Sequence record: MT939492.1
Direction: 5' to 3' (one strand)
Length of the DNA stretch: 64,000 nucleotides
Translations under genes and position numbers: made by a program
In this document: positions 20,214 through 31,100 of the stretch, piece after piece
Numbering within the stretch: the stretch's first letter is position 1
Layout of the letters: each line of letters starts with the position of its first letter
The notes under the pieces: model-generated
Seen by the model: only the letters and a program-made list of their open reading frames with translations
The model's database searches: none
Told to the model about the DNA's origin: nothing

Positions 20214-20690
20214 ATGAGCGAGACCGAGAAAATAACCCGACTGCTATCACTGCCCGACAAGGGTAGGATGAAGGCTATCGGGGAATTGACGCGACTGTGG
20301 CGAGATATACTCGCGGAGCGTCAAGTCGGCCCGCTGCACTGGGGCAAGTTGATGGTGGATCACATCAACAAGTCCTACGGACGTTCCAAAACGCATTCCA
20401 AGAAAAGGTCAACCGACCGAGGGAATCTCAACAGGCAGTTGGCTAGTAACAACATGTCCTGGAAGATGTTCCGTCGGGCGATTCGCTTCTTGAACCCGCG
20501 CAGAGCGTGGATTGAGTTTCACATGGAATGGGATGAGGGGCCGGACACGATGATCTCCTTGGACATCCACAGACGTCCTGGGGAATCGTTTGTTCCGGTG
20601 AAACCCTCCGGAGAAAAGTTTGATTTTGGAGAAGAGCTGCAAGATGTCGACCCTGGAGCAAACAAACGAAACAGTCACTCCGGCGGGTGA
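20214..20690 (+). CDS. Hypothetical basic protein (158 aa)
   Basis: Contiguous ORF in the same transcription unit. Confidence 0.65.
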   Translation: MSETEKITRLLSLPDKGRMKAIGELTRLWRDILAERQVGPLHWGKLMVDHINKSYGRSKTHSKKRSTDRGNLNRQLASNNMSWKMFRRAIRFLNPRRAWIEFHMEWDEGPDTMISLDIHRRPGESFVPVKPSGEKFDFGEELQDVDPGANKRNSHSGG

Positions 20691-21147
20691 CGGTGTTGAT
20701 CACATCAACATCTACACCGGAGGGCAGACCAAGCTGGGTCGTTTGTTGAGTAACCTGGCACCTGTCAGCTTCATCCATCCCACTCACGGTAAGTTCAACA
20801 CCGTGGAAGGGTTCTGGTATTGGGCACGTTGTGGCTACATCGAAAAGTACTGGGAAGACTTCTCCACCGCCAGTGGCTTTGATGCCAAGCGGTTGGGAAA
20901 GACGTTGCCTCGCGTTGAGGCGACCGATTTCCAGAAGCAGATCGAGAACGTCATCGAGCTCAAGATCCGGCAAAATCAAGAGTTGCGCGAACTGCTGCGT
21001 GAATCGACCCTGCCGCTGCGTCACTACTACTTCTACGGAAGCGGTGACAAGGTGAAGGTAATCGACATGAGCAAGAAATACTCGTGGCAGATCGAGCACA
21101 TCGACTCCATCCGAAATGTACTGAAGGGAAATACACGCAATGACTGA
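20644..21147 (+). CDS. NADAR/YbiA-like protein, copy 1
   Basis: INIY...LGRLLSNLA...F.TVEGFWYW...AKRLGK...KIRQNQELRELL follows the YbiA motif order (INFY..FSNF..TSEHYF..AARMGR..KFEQHAELRALL), aligned by eye; likely start MSTLEQ at 20644. Confidence 0.6.
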   Translation: MSTLEQTNETVTPAGDGVDHINIYTGGQTKLGRLLSNLAPVSFIHPTHGKFNTVEGFWYWARCGYIEKYWEDFSTASGFDAKRLGKTLPRVEATDFQKQIENVIELKIRQNQELRELLRESTLPLRHYYFYGSGDKVKVIDMSKKYSWQIEHIDSIRNVLKGNTRND

Positions 21148-21601
21148 GTTCAACCCGAACCGCGAAGGCATCGACCACATCAACATCAACCGCAATGCGC
21201 GGTCGGCGTTGGGTCGTCTTCTGCATCCCGCTGCCAACCTGGCCTTCGATCACCCCGAGCATGGTAAGTTCGCCTCCCTGGAGAACTTCCGGATGTGGAT
21301 CAAGACGGGCATGTCGGTGATGCGGCTGCGCCACGTACCGGTGAACCGGGCTATCGAAATCGCCCAGACCCTGCCACGGGGCAACGTCACCGCTGCGGTG
21401 ACTGAAGACCTGCTGTGCGAAGGCCTGGGCTTCAAGATCGAGCAGAACGAAGACCTGGCCAAGCTGCTGCGCGAGTGCAAGCTGCAGATCGTCGCCTACC
21501 ACGTCCATCGTGACGGCGACAACAATCTGGTGGTGAGCAACTACTCCCAGCCGCTGGACTGGATGTTGCAGCACCTGGCATTGCATCGCCACTGCTGCTA
21601 A
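21140..21601 (+). CDS. NADAR-like protein, divergent copy 2
   Basis: GIDHININ..LGRLL..HPEHGKFASLENF..KIEQNEDLAKLL is a clear paralogue of the upstream gene. Confidence 0.55.
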   Translation: MTEFNPNREGIDHININRNARSALGRLLHPAANLAFDHPEHGKFASLENFRMWIKTGMSVMRLRHVPVNRAIEIAQTLPRGNVTAAVTEDLLCEGLGFKIEQNEDLAKLLRECKLQIVAYHVHRDGDNNLVVSNYSQPLDWMLQHLALHRHCC

Positions 21602-21606
21602 GTAGC

Positions 21607-21658
21607 GACGGCCCTCTCCCGTAAGGGGGAGGGTCGTTATGCCTTACTCTTTTTTTTT
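21607..21658 (+). terminator. Hairpin GACGGCCCTCTCCC-GTAA-GGGGGAGGGTCGTT followed by TATG and a T-run
   Basis: Stem-loop plus poly-T after the NADAR-like pair. Confidence 0.7.
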
Positions 21659-21692
21659 GCCTAGCTTATGACAGTTCCAGGGAATCATTGCT

Positions 21693-22922
21693 ATGGCCAA
21701 GCGCCTCGCCAGTACCATTTTCAAGAACGGTGCCAAAGATAAGCTCTTGACGGTTGACCCGTACAAGATTGCCGATACCGTCTCGCGCAACAACATCGTT
21801 TCCAAGCTCGGTGGCTTGGCCGGTGGCCTTACCAGCAAGCTGGGTGGCTTCGGCTCCAAGCTGGGTAAGCTGGCTGACATCAAGGGAAAGATCTCCGCTG
21901 TCAAAAGCAAGATCGATGCGGTCAAGAACTCGGCCGCGCTGAAGAGCATCAAGAGCGGCATCGAGACTGTCAAGAAGGGCGTTAACACCGCTCGCAAGGC
22001 AGTGGGTATTGCCAAGGGCATGGTCAATGAGGCCAAGAAGCTCAAGAACAACCTGACTGACATCAAGAAGAACCTGGCCAGCGATGTCAAGTCCAATCTC
22101 TCCAGCGCCACCAAGAGCTACCTGCGTGAGAACGCAGGCTTCCTCGGTGATCGATTGGCCAGCTCGGTTTCGGAGAAGGGGTTCAACTTCTCCAACCTGA
22201 AGGACAGTGTCAAGCAGGATGCGCTGGGTAACACCAACCTGCTGAAGAACAACCTGAAAGTCATCTCCAAGGATGCGCTCGGCGACATTCAGATCTCCCG
22301 CTTCAAGGACAAGGACGGCCGGGAGTTCATCGATTCTGCCAAGGGTATCAAGGCGCTTACTGGCGGCTCTGATGATTCGATCAAGGTCATCGATCTGGAA
22401 GCTGAGCAGGCTGTCGCTACGGCCACTGGTAAGGACATGGTTGCCACAGGCATGTCCAATCAGCTCAAGGACATGCTTGCCAACATCGAACCGGAGAGCC
22501 GCAAGGAAGTCGTGCTGGGTATCTTCCCGGAAGCTGCTGCGGTGTGCGATCTGACCGCCATCTGGTACATGCTCTCCGTGGTTCCCGGCAAGGTTATCTG
22601 CGCTCGCTACCCGGATGCGTGCGAGATGATCATGCGCAACTACCGCAAGCCGATCCCCTGCACTCCCGAACAGGAGCAGACAGAATGCGCCACCTTGCGT
22701 GACGTACTCGGGCTGATGCAGGAGAACTGGTGGTACGCTGATCGCAATGGTACTGCTGTGATCGATATCACTGCTTTCTCCGAGGCCAGTGGTGACGCAC
22801 TGACGGTGTTCCGTTGGGACGATCGGTTCGAGACTGCCATCATGCTCGCCCCGTTGCTGCCGCCTGTATCCATCAAGGATCAGGTGCTGGAGTATTACCC
22901 GTTCGCACCCGAGTTTGGTTGA
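21693..22922 (+). CDS. Hypothetical, probably virion-associated protein with Lys-rich amphipathic N-terminal half (409 aa)
   Basis: Long ORF convergent on the tail-tip gene; low-complexity K/G/S-rich N-terminal region. Confidence 0.7.
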   Translation: MAKRLASTIFKNGAKDKLLTVDPYKIADTVSRNNIVSKLGGLAGGLTSKLGGFGSKLGKLADIKGKISAVKSKIDAVKNSAALKSIKSGIETVKKGVNTARKAVGIAKGMVNEAKKLKNNLTDIKKNLASDVKSNLSSATKSYLRENAGFLGDRLASSVSEKGFNFSNLKDSVKQDALGNTNLLKNNLKVISKDALGDIQISRFKDKDGREFIDSAKGIKALTGGSDDSIKVIDLEAEQAVATATGKDMVATGMSNQLKDMLANIEPESRKEVVLGIFPEAAAVCDLTAIWYMLSVVPGKVICARYPDACEMIMRNYRKPIPCTPEQEQTECATLRDVLGLMQENWWYADRNGTAVIDITAFSEASGDALTVFRWDDRFETAIMLAPLLPPVSIKDQVLEYYPFAPEFG

Positions 22923-22925
22923 CGA

Positions 22926-22960
22926 CATAGAGGAGGGGCTTTCGCCCCTCCTCGTATGCC
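22926..22960. terminator. CATA-GAGGAGGGGC-TTTC-GCCCCTCCTC-GTATG hairpin
   Basis: 10-bp stem between convergent genes. Confidence 0.75.
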
Positions 22961-22961
22961 C

Positions 22962-25115
22962 TTACGGACGATCCGTGCCACGGTACAGAATCGAGATCAG
23001 TCGACCCGGCTTGGAGCCCAGTGCATGCATACCCACACGCGACGGGGAGATCCAGTTCTTGCCTGCGACCATCTGGCGAGTGATCGCCAGCTTCAGTCGA
23101 CGACCGGCCTGCGTCTGATCCTGGAGCGAGAGACCGCCCAGCAGAGACAGGTAGTCGGTCATCATGTTCTCATCGTCCCAGGTGGAGCCCAGACCGAGAA
23201 CAGCCAACTGACCCAGAGCCTCGCCCGCGTTGTCCGTACCCGTGATACCACCAACAGCATTGCCGATGGTGTTACCAACTGGCGTGGTCGCCGCCATCTG
23301 ACCGGCCGCCACTGCTGCCGTCTGCTGCCACGAAGTCTGTGGGGCAATCGGCATGAAGAACACAGTGGACAGATCGACCAGCGAGAACGCCACGTCCAGC
23401 TGCAGCGGCTCGAAGTCTTCGGTGAAGCCGATGTTACCTGCGCCGTGAGTGACGTTGATGTTGTCCATCATTGCCAGACGCGACTGCATCATGCCACGGC
23501 AGTATGCCTCGCAGATAAACGGCGAGGTGTAGGACTGCTTACCCGTAGCCAGCGGAGAACCACCAGCCAGGATGCATGCCAGGGGCACGTACAGATGCAG
23601 CAGGCGGGCCATCTTGTTGCCGTAGGCCGAACGCAGCGTCAGGGTGAAGTCCAGGCGAGGCAGAGACGCACGCGAGGACATCCACACCTTAGGGATTTCG
23701 ATCTGCGCATTACCCGCCAGTGCAGCAGCGCCAGCAACGCCGAACTTCTCAGCGGCACCGGCGATGAAGTCAGAAGCACCCTGAGCAGCAGCACCCATCG
23801 CTTCACCTACCACGCCACCCATAAGCTTACCATCGGCAAGGTTGGTACGTGCCGCACGGTTGGCCGAAGCGATCGAGTTGATCTTCTGGGAGATTTCCGA
23901 TTCACCGGCCTCGTTGGAAATGCTCAGCGTGGTCGGACCGGAGTAGTCCACTCGCAGACCGAGGAACTGCGAACCGTCCTGGTTCTCGCCGTGGAAGAAC
24001 GAGGTCATCGCATTCCACCACGAAGCCGGCTTGCCGGTCTCATCGTAACCAGCACGGTCAGAGCCCTGTTCGACAGCGTCAGCCTTGTCCAGTGCGTACT
24101 TACGGTCAGCACGCTCGGCGTAGGCCTTCAGATACGCATTGGCCGCCGTCCACTTCTGATCAACCTTCTCAGCTCCCGACTTTGGATCTGCCAGGAAGTA
24201 GCTCTTCGGATTGGTCGGGGAGATGTGCGCGCCGTAGACGCTCTTGATAGCGTTGCCGAACCGGACCATGAACGGCTTGTCCTTGCTGTTGTCCGAATCA
24301 CTGAACCCCTTACCGAGGTAGTTGTTCGACATGACCTGGTCGAGCTTCTCGTTGAAGGCGTTGGCCTTACGCTGAGCCTTACCTGCGATCCAGTAGACGT
24401 CGATACCACCCCAGCGATGGAAGATGTCAGGCTGGACCTTGTAGAACGCCTGCATGTCCTCGGAGGTGAAGGTCGACTTGTCGTCGGCCCAACGGGTACG
24501 CTCTTCCACGGTCATGGCGCGGGGGATGATCCCCATGTTCACAGCCAGACCGTTGACGATGGTGTTGACCGCATCCCAGTACAGCGGCATCGCTTGGTTC
24601 AGCGAGTAGAACCGACTGGACGGTTTGCCGAGCATGTAGTTGAGCGCGCGGTCGACCATGATCATCGGCTGGGCGGGCAGCGTAGCTACCGTACCAACCA
24701 TCTTGCCAGCCTCGTACATGATGCCAGGCACACGACCAGTGCGTGCCATGATTGCCATGCCGGGACTGTACATGTTTGCGAAGAAGTTCAACAGCGAGTT
24801 GAACTGGGGGACACCGAACCGCATGTAGAGACGCTGCGATCGGCTATCGATGGCTTCTTCGTACCAACGACCCATGCCCTTGTTCTCGAACCCGGAAGCA
24901 CCGAAGGCGGTGATACCGTAGGACTTGACGTCCGCCGTACGGGTCAACTGCGGCGGAGGGTTGATGACAAAGTTACCGCCCAGGCTGGTATCGGTGAACC
25001 CGAAGTCCACCTCGCGCAACGTACGACGCTCAAACTCAATATCGTCCATCTTGTCAGCGGAGACGATGAAGGTCTGGCGCATCCAGTCGCGATCGTGACG
25101 GTTAAGGGTTGCCAT
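22962..25115 (-). CDS. Tail tip / baseplate hub structural protein (phiKZ gp182-like, 717 aa)
   Basis: Directly downstream of the gp181-like gene; motifs DTSLGGNFVINPPPQLTRTAD, MGRWYEEAID and YTSPFICE; assignment by synteny. Confidence 0.7.
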   Translation of the reverse strand: MATLNRHDRDWMRQTFIVSADKMDDIEFERRTLREVDFGFTDTSLGGNFVINPPPQLTRTADVKSYGITAFGASGFENKGMGRWYEEAIDSRSQRLYMRFGVPQFNSLLNFFANMYSPGMAIMARTGRVPGIMYEAGKMVGTVATLPAQPMIMVDRALNYMLGKPSSRFYSLNQAMPLYWDAVNTIVNGLAVNMGIIPRAMTVEERTRWADDKSTFTSEDMQAFYKVQPDIFHRWGGIDVYWIAGKAQRKANAFNEKLDQVMSNNYLGKGFSDSDNSKDKPFMVRFGNAIKSVYGAHISPTNPKSYFLADPKSGAEKVDQKWTAANAYLKAYAERADRKYALDKADAVEQGSDRAGYDETGKPASWWNAMTSFFHGENQDGSQFLGLRVDYSGPTTLSISNEAGESEISQKINSIASANRAARTNLADGKLMGGVVGEAMGAAAQGASDFIAGAAEKFGVAGAAALAGNAQIEIPKVWMSSRASLPRLDFTLTLRSAYGNKMARLLHLYVPLACILAGGSPLATGKQSYTSPFICEAYCRGMMQSRLAMMDNINVTHGAGNIGFTEDFEPLQLDVAFSLVDLSTVFFMPIAPQTSWQQTAAVAAGQMAATTPVGNTIGNAVGGITGTDNAGEALGQLAVLGLGSTWDDENMMTDYLSLLGGLSLQDQTQAGRRLKLAITRQMVAGKNWISPSRVGMHALGSKPGRLISILYRGTDRP

Positions 25116-25177
25116 CTTAGGTTCTCATGTCAAAAGAAAAAAGTAGGGGCGGAGGTTTCCCCCCGCCCCATTCCACT

Positions 25178-28100
25178 TTATGCCACGTCGCTGCGCAGGC
25201 TGAAATCAACCACGGGGGTGGAGTTCTGTGCTGCGTTCAGGTTAGCCTCACGGCGAGCTGCTTCCCGCTTGGAGCGAGTGCTCTGCTGTACCATCAAGCC
25301 ATCCTTCTCCACCGACCTTGGGGCCGGAGTTGCGGGCGTGGGTGCTGCGGCTGGCGCGGCCTCTTCAGAAGATTGGGCTGGCATCGACATTGCTGCCGGG
25401 TTGTTGCCAATCTTCGTGCTGATGTCACGCAGGTGCCCTTCCATGGCCTTCATCACGTACAACTGCTTGTTCATGATGTCCATCACGCTGCCCGTCTGAG
25501 CCTGCTGAGCACTCTGGACGGCGCGGCTGTTCACGTCTGCCTCGTAAGACTGACGATAGACCGCTTGCTGCGCTTGTGCCTGCGGATCGGAGTTGGTCGA
25601 ACTTGCGCTGACCAGCCCACCACCAGAGCCAAGGTCGTTGCCCGCAGAACTTGCCGGACGCGGTGCCTCGACGTACTGAGCCGGTGTAGCGTTGGCTCCT
25701 GCCGGTGCAGCTCCTGCCATTGCCAGCGCGGGATTCGGAGCGCCGGTTGCCGAAGGAGGCATGGCAGATGCCGTGTACGAGGCAGCCTGACCAGTGTCAC
25801 CTTCACCGGAGCGAGTGTTGAAGCTACCCGCACCGATTGCCGCAATGTCACTCGAACCGTAACGATGGCCCCGTACCAGCTTGTCCAGATGGGCAATCAC
25901 GCCACCCATCGTCTTGGGACGACCATCGCGCTCGAAGTAGATGTTGCGGTTGGCACTTGCCGCAGCCGGCATTGCCTGAGCACCGATTGCCTCAGACGGT
26001 GAACGCAGTGCACTGACAGCGCCACCAGCGCCCATGAAGTGCGCCATGTACAGATCAGTATCCGTCGGTTCACGCCCGATGCTCTTACGCAGCATCGCAG
26101 CATTCTCCTTCAGGAACTCGGCACCCATCAGGGCATTGGCACGAGCATCGAACTGGTGGGCGTCCGGCGAGATGCCGTACTTCGCACCGTACTTCTTCAG
26201 CATCGACTGCCAGGTGCTATTGATGAACTGATACAGACCCTTGGCCGAGGACGTACCTGCGCCGACCTGCGGACGGAAGCCCGACTCAATCGACGCCATG
26301 GTCATCATCAACTTCGGATCAACACCAGCCATCTTCGCAGCAGCGATGATCAGCGGACCGATCGCCTTTGCACCCACTGCGCCGGGCGGAGGCATGGGCA
26401 GCTCATTGACACTGCCACCCGTACCGTTGCCCGGATGATCCACCGTCTGCCCCATGGGACCGGGGTTGGAGTAGTTACCTGCCGAATAGCCGGTGTTCAT
26501 CATCGCCGGTGCGTTCCCCATTCCCATACCCGAACCCGGCTGGTAGCTGGTGTTCATGTAGGAGTACGGAGTATTCACCGAAGCGTTCCCTGCGCTTGCG
26601 CCGTTCGGACCAGCAGATACGTTCCGCGCTGCTGCCGCTGCCGAGTCGGCCGAAGCCTGAGCCGGAGTGGTGTTGTACGCAGAGTTTGCCTGCTTGTTCT
26701 GATTGGCCTCGCGAACTGCATTGGGATCAAGGCACGCCATACCGCCGATGATGGCCAGCTGGAACGGACGACCAGCCATCTTTTCGTAGAACAGCTTCAT
26801 CGCTGCCTGCGAGTTGGTGATGGTCTTCTGGTTACCACTGTGACCACGACCCATACCCAGGAGGATACAACCCTGGGAGTCAGCCTTCTTGCCGTGCTCT
26901 GCCGACCCTGCCGAGTTACCGGCGTGGATCAGGATTGCCGAACGACCCGGCACACCGTACACCTCGTAAGCCAAACCGAACGACGTGGTCTGACGACGGG
27001 CACACTTGTAGACACCGGTGGGGACGCAGGACGTCCGTGCGGCGTTGTCCTTCCATGGCAGTTCGAGCGTCTGGAACACCGTGCCGTCAGGCAGCTTCAG
27101 CGTACCGTAGGTGCCTTCCAAGTCCGAGGCTTCACGATCCAGTACGAGCTGCATCGTTCCGTTGAACATGATCGGTGCCATCGGTGGTGCTGCGGACAGT
27201 CCCTGTCCGGGCTTGTACTGCATGTTCAGGTAGCCAGGTGTCGCACTGACCGAACCTGCCGTAGCCGTGGGTACTCCATTGTTCCAGGTGATGGCGGCAT
27301 TACCCGCGCTAATCGACGCACCGTTTGCACCGGGCGCGGTGACAGCCGGCTTGTTCTTCGCCTGTTCCCTGGCGCGCGCAGCCATTTCCATATCAGCGTC
27401 TTCCTGACGCTTGTCAGCCCAGTCGGTCAGCGGAGACATCAGCGTGCTCATGCCGGGGGTGAGCGCCATGGACGCATCGGAGATGCGCTTCAGACCACTC
27501 ATCACACCAGAGCCGTCCTGCTCGATACGAGCGATGGCCAGGTTGAATGCACGATCGACGTCAGCAGCCTTCAAGGAAACCGGCTCGCCGAACGGACCTG
27601 CGGTTACCTGCAGGGGATCCGGACCAACCTTCGAGCCTGCCTTGACCAGCTCAAGCTTCTTCTCCTTGTCCAGCTCATCGTCAGCATCGTTCAGTGCAAC
27701 GTTCGGTGCGATCTGCTTCATCGCCTGGAACCAAGCCAAGTAGATCGGCTTGAAGCGACGCGTCAGCCAGACATCGAACAGGTTGCGCTCTTCCTGGTTG
27801 TTGGTGAACCACCCATCGTCCAGACCGAAGTGCTTGTAGATCTCCTCCATCGTCAGCTTCTCTGCGGAGATGTCCAACACACCGTTTACCATCTTGGTGT
27901 GCGGGGCGATCATCTGCTCGAAGTCAACGATCTTCTCGACCTCACTGGCCTCCTTGTAACCAACGCCGTACTGTGCCATACGGAACGCGCGAACCGGGAT
28001 GTAGGTGCCGTACTTGTACTTCTTCCACGCCTTGTAACCGACGTAGCCGACCGCAGCAGCAACCGCAGCCACTGCAAGCACAGGCAGACCAATGGTCGCC

Positions 28101-31100
28101 ATGACACCGCCACCAGCGACCGTAGCGGCCGTACCAGCGCCACCTGCAGCCGCTGCAGTACCTGCGGCAGCCGTACCAGCAGCAGCGCCGCCAGTGAGCG
28201 TGCTGGCCGCCGAAGCTGCCATCATGCCGGTGGACACCATTCCTGCGGTATCGGCAACGCCGTTGACCACCTTGCCGCCGGTCGAGTCATCGCCACCCAG
28301 TTTGTCAACCAGATAGCTACCACCCAGACCCATGGCTACGCCTGTAGCGATACCGCCCAGACTTGCACCACGCGGCTTGAAGCGAGCCAGACCACGACCC
28401 AGACGACCAAAGCGAGGAGCACGACGTGCACCCGGCAACGGAGGCGGACGAGACACACGAGGCGTTGCACCTGTGCGCGGCTTTGCAGGAAGACCACGAC
28501 GACGACGGAAGCGAGCAGCGCGAGCTGCACGGTTACGACGCCAGCCACCACGCTTACGGCCCTTGGTGTCCTTTCTCGCAGCACCCTGACGACGACGCTT
28601 ACGACCATCGGCATCGACGTAGAAGTCGTTACCGCCACCGCCTTCGCCATCGCAACCACAGCAACCACAGCCGCAGTCACCGTCACCATCACCACCACCA
28701 CCCTTCTTGCCGAAGAGCTTGTTCCACAGACCCTTGACCTTCCCACCGATACCAAACATGTTGGCGACGATGTTGTCCTTGGAAGAGGCCTTGCCAGCGT
28801 GGCCCGGGCGATCGCGGCCATCATCGCCGTCAGCACCGCCGCTCTTTTCCTTCTCCTGCCAGCTACCGTCACGCAGACCGTCACCGTCGGTATCACCGAA
28901 CACCGGCTTGGGCAAACGTGCGTCCAGCAACTCGTAGATGTTCTGCAGGACATTCAACTGCTTGTTCTGCACATCCAACTGGTTCTGCAGCTGGTCGCCG
29001 ATATAGCTACCCACGCCGACGAAGACGTTGGTGATGCTATCCAGACGAACGCCGGACAGGAAGTCCATCAGCTTCTTCGGTGCCTGCACAGCCCACTTGG
29101 TGAACTTGCTCAGGCGAGCTGCGATGTTCAATGCAACGTTCACTGCAGCGTGACCGATACGACCGCCCAGAGTCAGACCGAAGGGCAGGCCATTGGCGTC
29201 AACCAGACCGCGCTTGATATCGTCGGTGGTCAGTACGATGTTGCCATCGTTGTCCATGACGGTATTGGTACAGTCACGCCAGCTCATCACGACCTTCGTA
29301 CCCGCTGCTCCGTCTTGGACGAAGTAGTTGCCGGCCTTGATCTTGATGGCCAACAGACGCGGAGCCTGCGGTTCACCACGGACGTAGATGTCCTTCTCGG
29401 CATCCATGCGAGCCAGAGCACCATTGATCGTGTTGCGCACGAAGTTACCGGCCCGGAACGGAGCAGTGCCCGTCCAACCCAGTGCCTTCAAGAACCCACG
29501 ACCACCTGCGGTGATACCGGACAGAATCTTCTGGCCGTTGCTGTTGTACAACTGCTGACTGAAGTCATGTGCAGTCAGGACGATGTTACCGGCCTTGTCC
29601 TTGACCGGACCCTTGATGTCCGACAGCTTGGTGATGACCTTGCCGGTGGTTGCATCGAAGTATTCACCCAGACGCATCATGCGTGCTTCCAGCAACACAC
29701 GGCCCTGCTTGTCACGAACGTCGGAGATGTAGTTCAGCGCCGCTTCAGCGGTGTTGGCGCCAGCAGCCCAACCGATACCGGCCGCACCCTTCGCACCCGA
29801 CCATGCAGCGCTACCCAGGCTTCCCAGCATGCGGCCGAGGAATCCACCAGCGCTCTTACCACCACGCCAGGCCATACCAGCGCCTGTACCAGCCGCGCGA
29901 CCACCAGCAACCAGCTTACCCCCGATCCAACGGAAGGCGTGCTCAGTACCGCCCCAGAAGCCACCGCGACGCTGATAGCTTCCCGGGATGGGCGGAGGAC
30001 CACCACCGCCACCACCGCCGAACTGACCGGAGGCCAGCATCTCGCGGATGTCACCCAGCAGTTCAACCGTGGTGGTTGCCTGTGCGGTGATGTTGTTGGC
30101 ACGGATAGCCGAGATCAGCTCACCCTCGCCAGTCACCGATTCATTGATGCTGGCAAAGATGTCACGGGCGTTGATCTTGTTGGAGCCAACACCTGCGGGC
30201 GGTTCAGCGGCTTCGATTGCACGCTGGTCGATGATCTTCTGGCGACGCTTGGAGACCGGCTTGACTCGACGACCACTGTTGATGGTTGCACGCGGCGGAG
30301 GCGATGCTGCACCGATCGGAGCCGGGGTTGCAGGCATGACCACCTTGGCCACCAGCTCAACCGGTACACCAGTGGACTCAGCCAGTTCCCAGACTTCATC
30401 CGGGAAGTCCGTACCTGCCGCAGAATCACGAGTACGACGGAACGCCTCGTTGTAATTCATGCGACCAGTCAGGCCACCCTTCTCGATCAGCCCCAGTGCT
30501 TCCATCAGCTCGCGCTGACCAGCTTCGATATACGCCTTGGTCTTGTCACGGGGATCGTCGAGGTTGCCACGCAGAGCGGTGTACTTCTCACGCAGCTTCG
30601 CCGCACGATTGATGTCGTGTACACGGAAGTCGAACTTCTCGCCCTGACCCATGCCCAGCGCCTGAGCGAACACATCGGCGATCTCCTGCCGCACGTGCGG
30701 AGCGAGCTTCTCGTCGAAGTAGTCCTTGTTGGTGTAGTCACCAGCATTCCAAGCACGAGCGCCCAGCGAGTCACGCATCAGCTGGTCCTTCAAGGCACCT
30801 GCTGCTTCGGGAGACATCTGGGTGTTGCCAGCGGCCGAACGTACGAACTCGTCCAGGCTGTTACGAGCACCAGTCGTGTTGGCCTCGCCGAACATGCGCC
30901 AAGCGGCGTCCTTGACAGCCTCGTCCTTGGTCGTGAAAGCACCACGGTCGGCATTGTAGACGATGCGCTTGAGGTTCGGGTTCTTGGTCATCATCACCCG
31001 CTGCGCATGCAAGATGCGCGACAGGTAACCGGGGATGACCTCGATCAGGGCACGGTTGGCACCGTTGGTGAAGCCGCTGTGTGCATCACTTTCCAGAATC

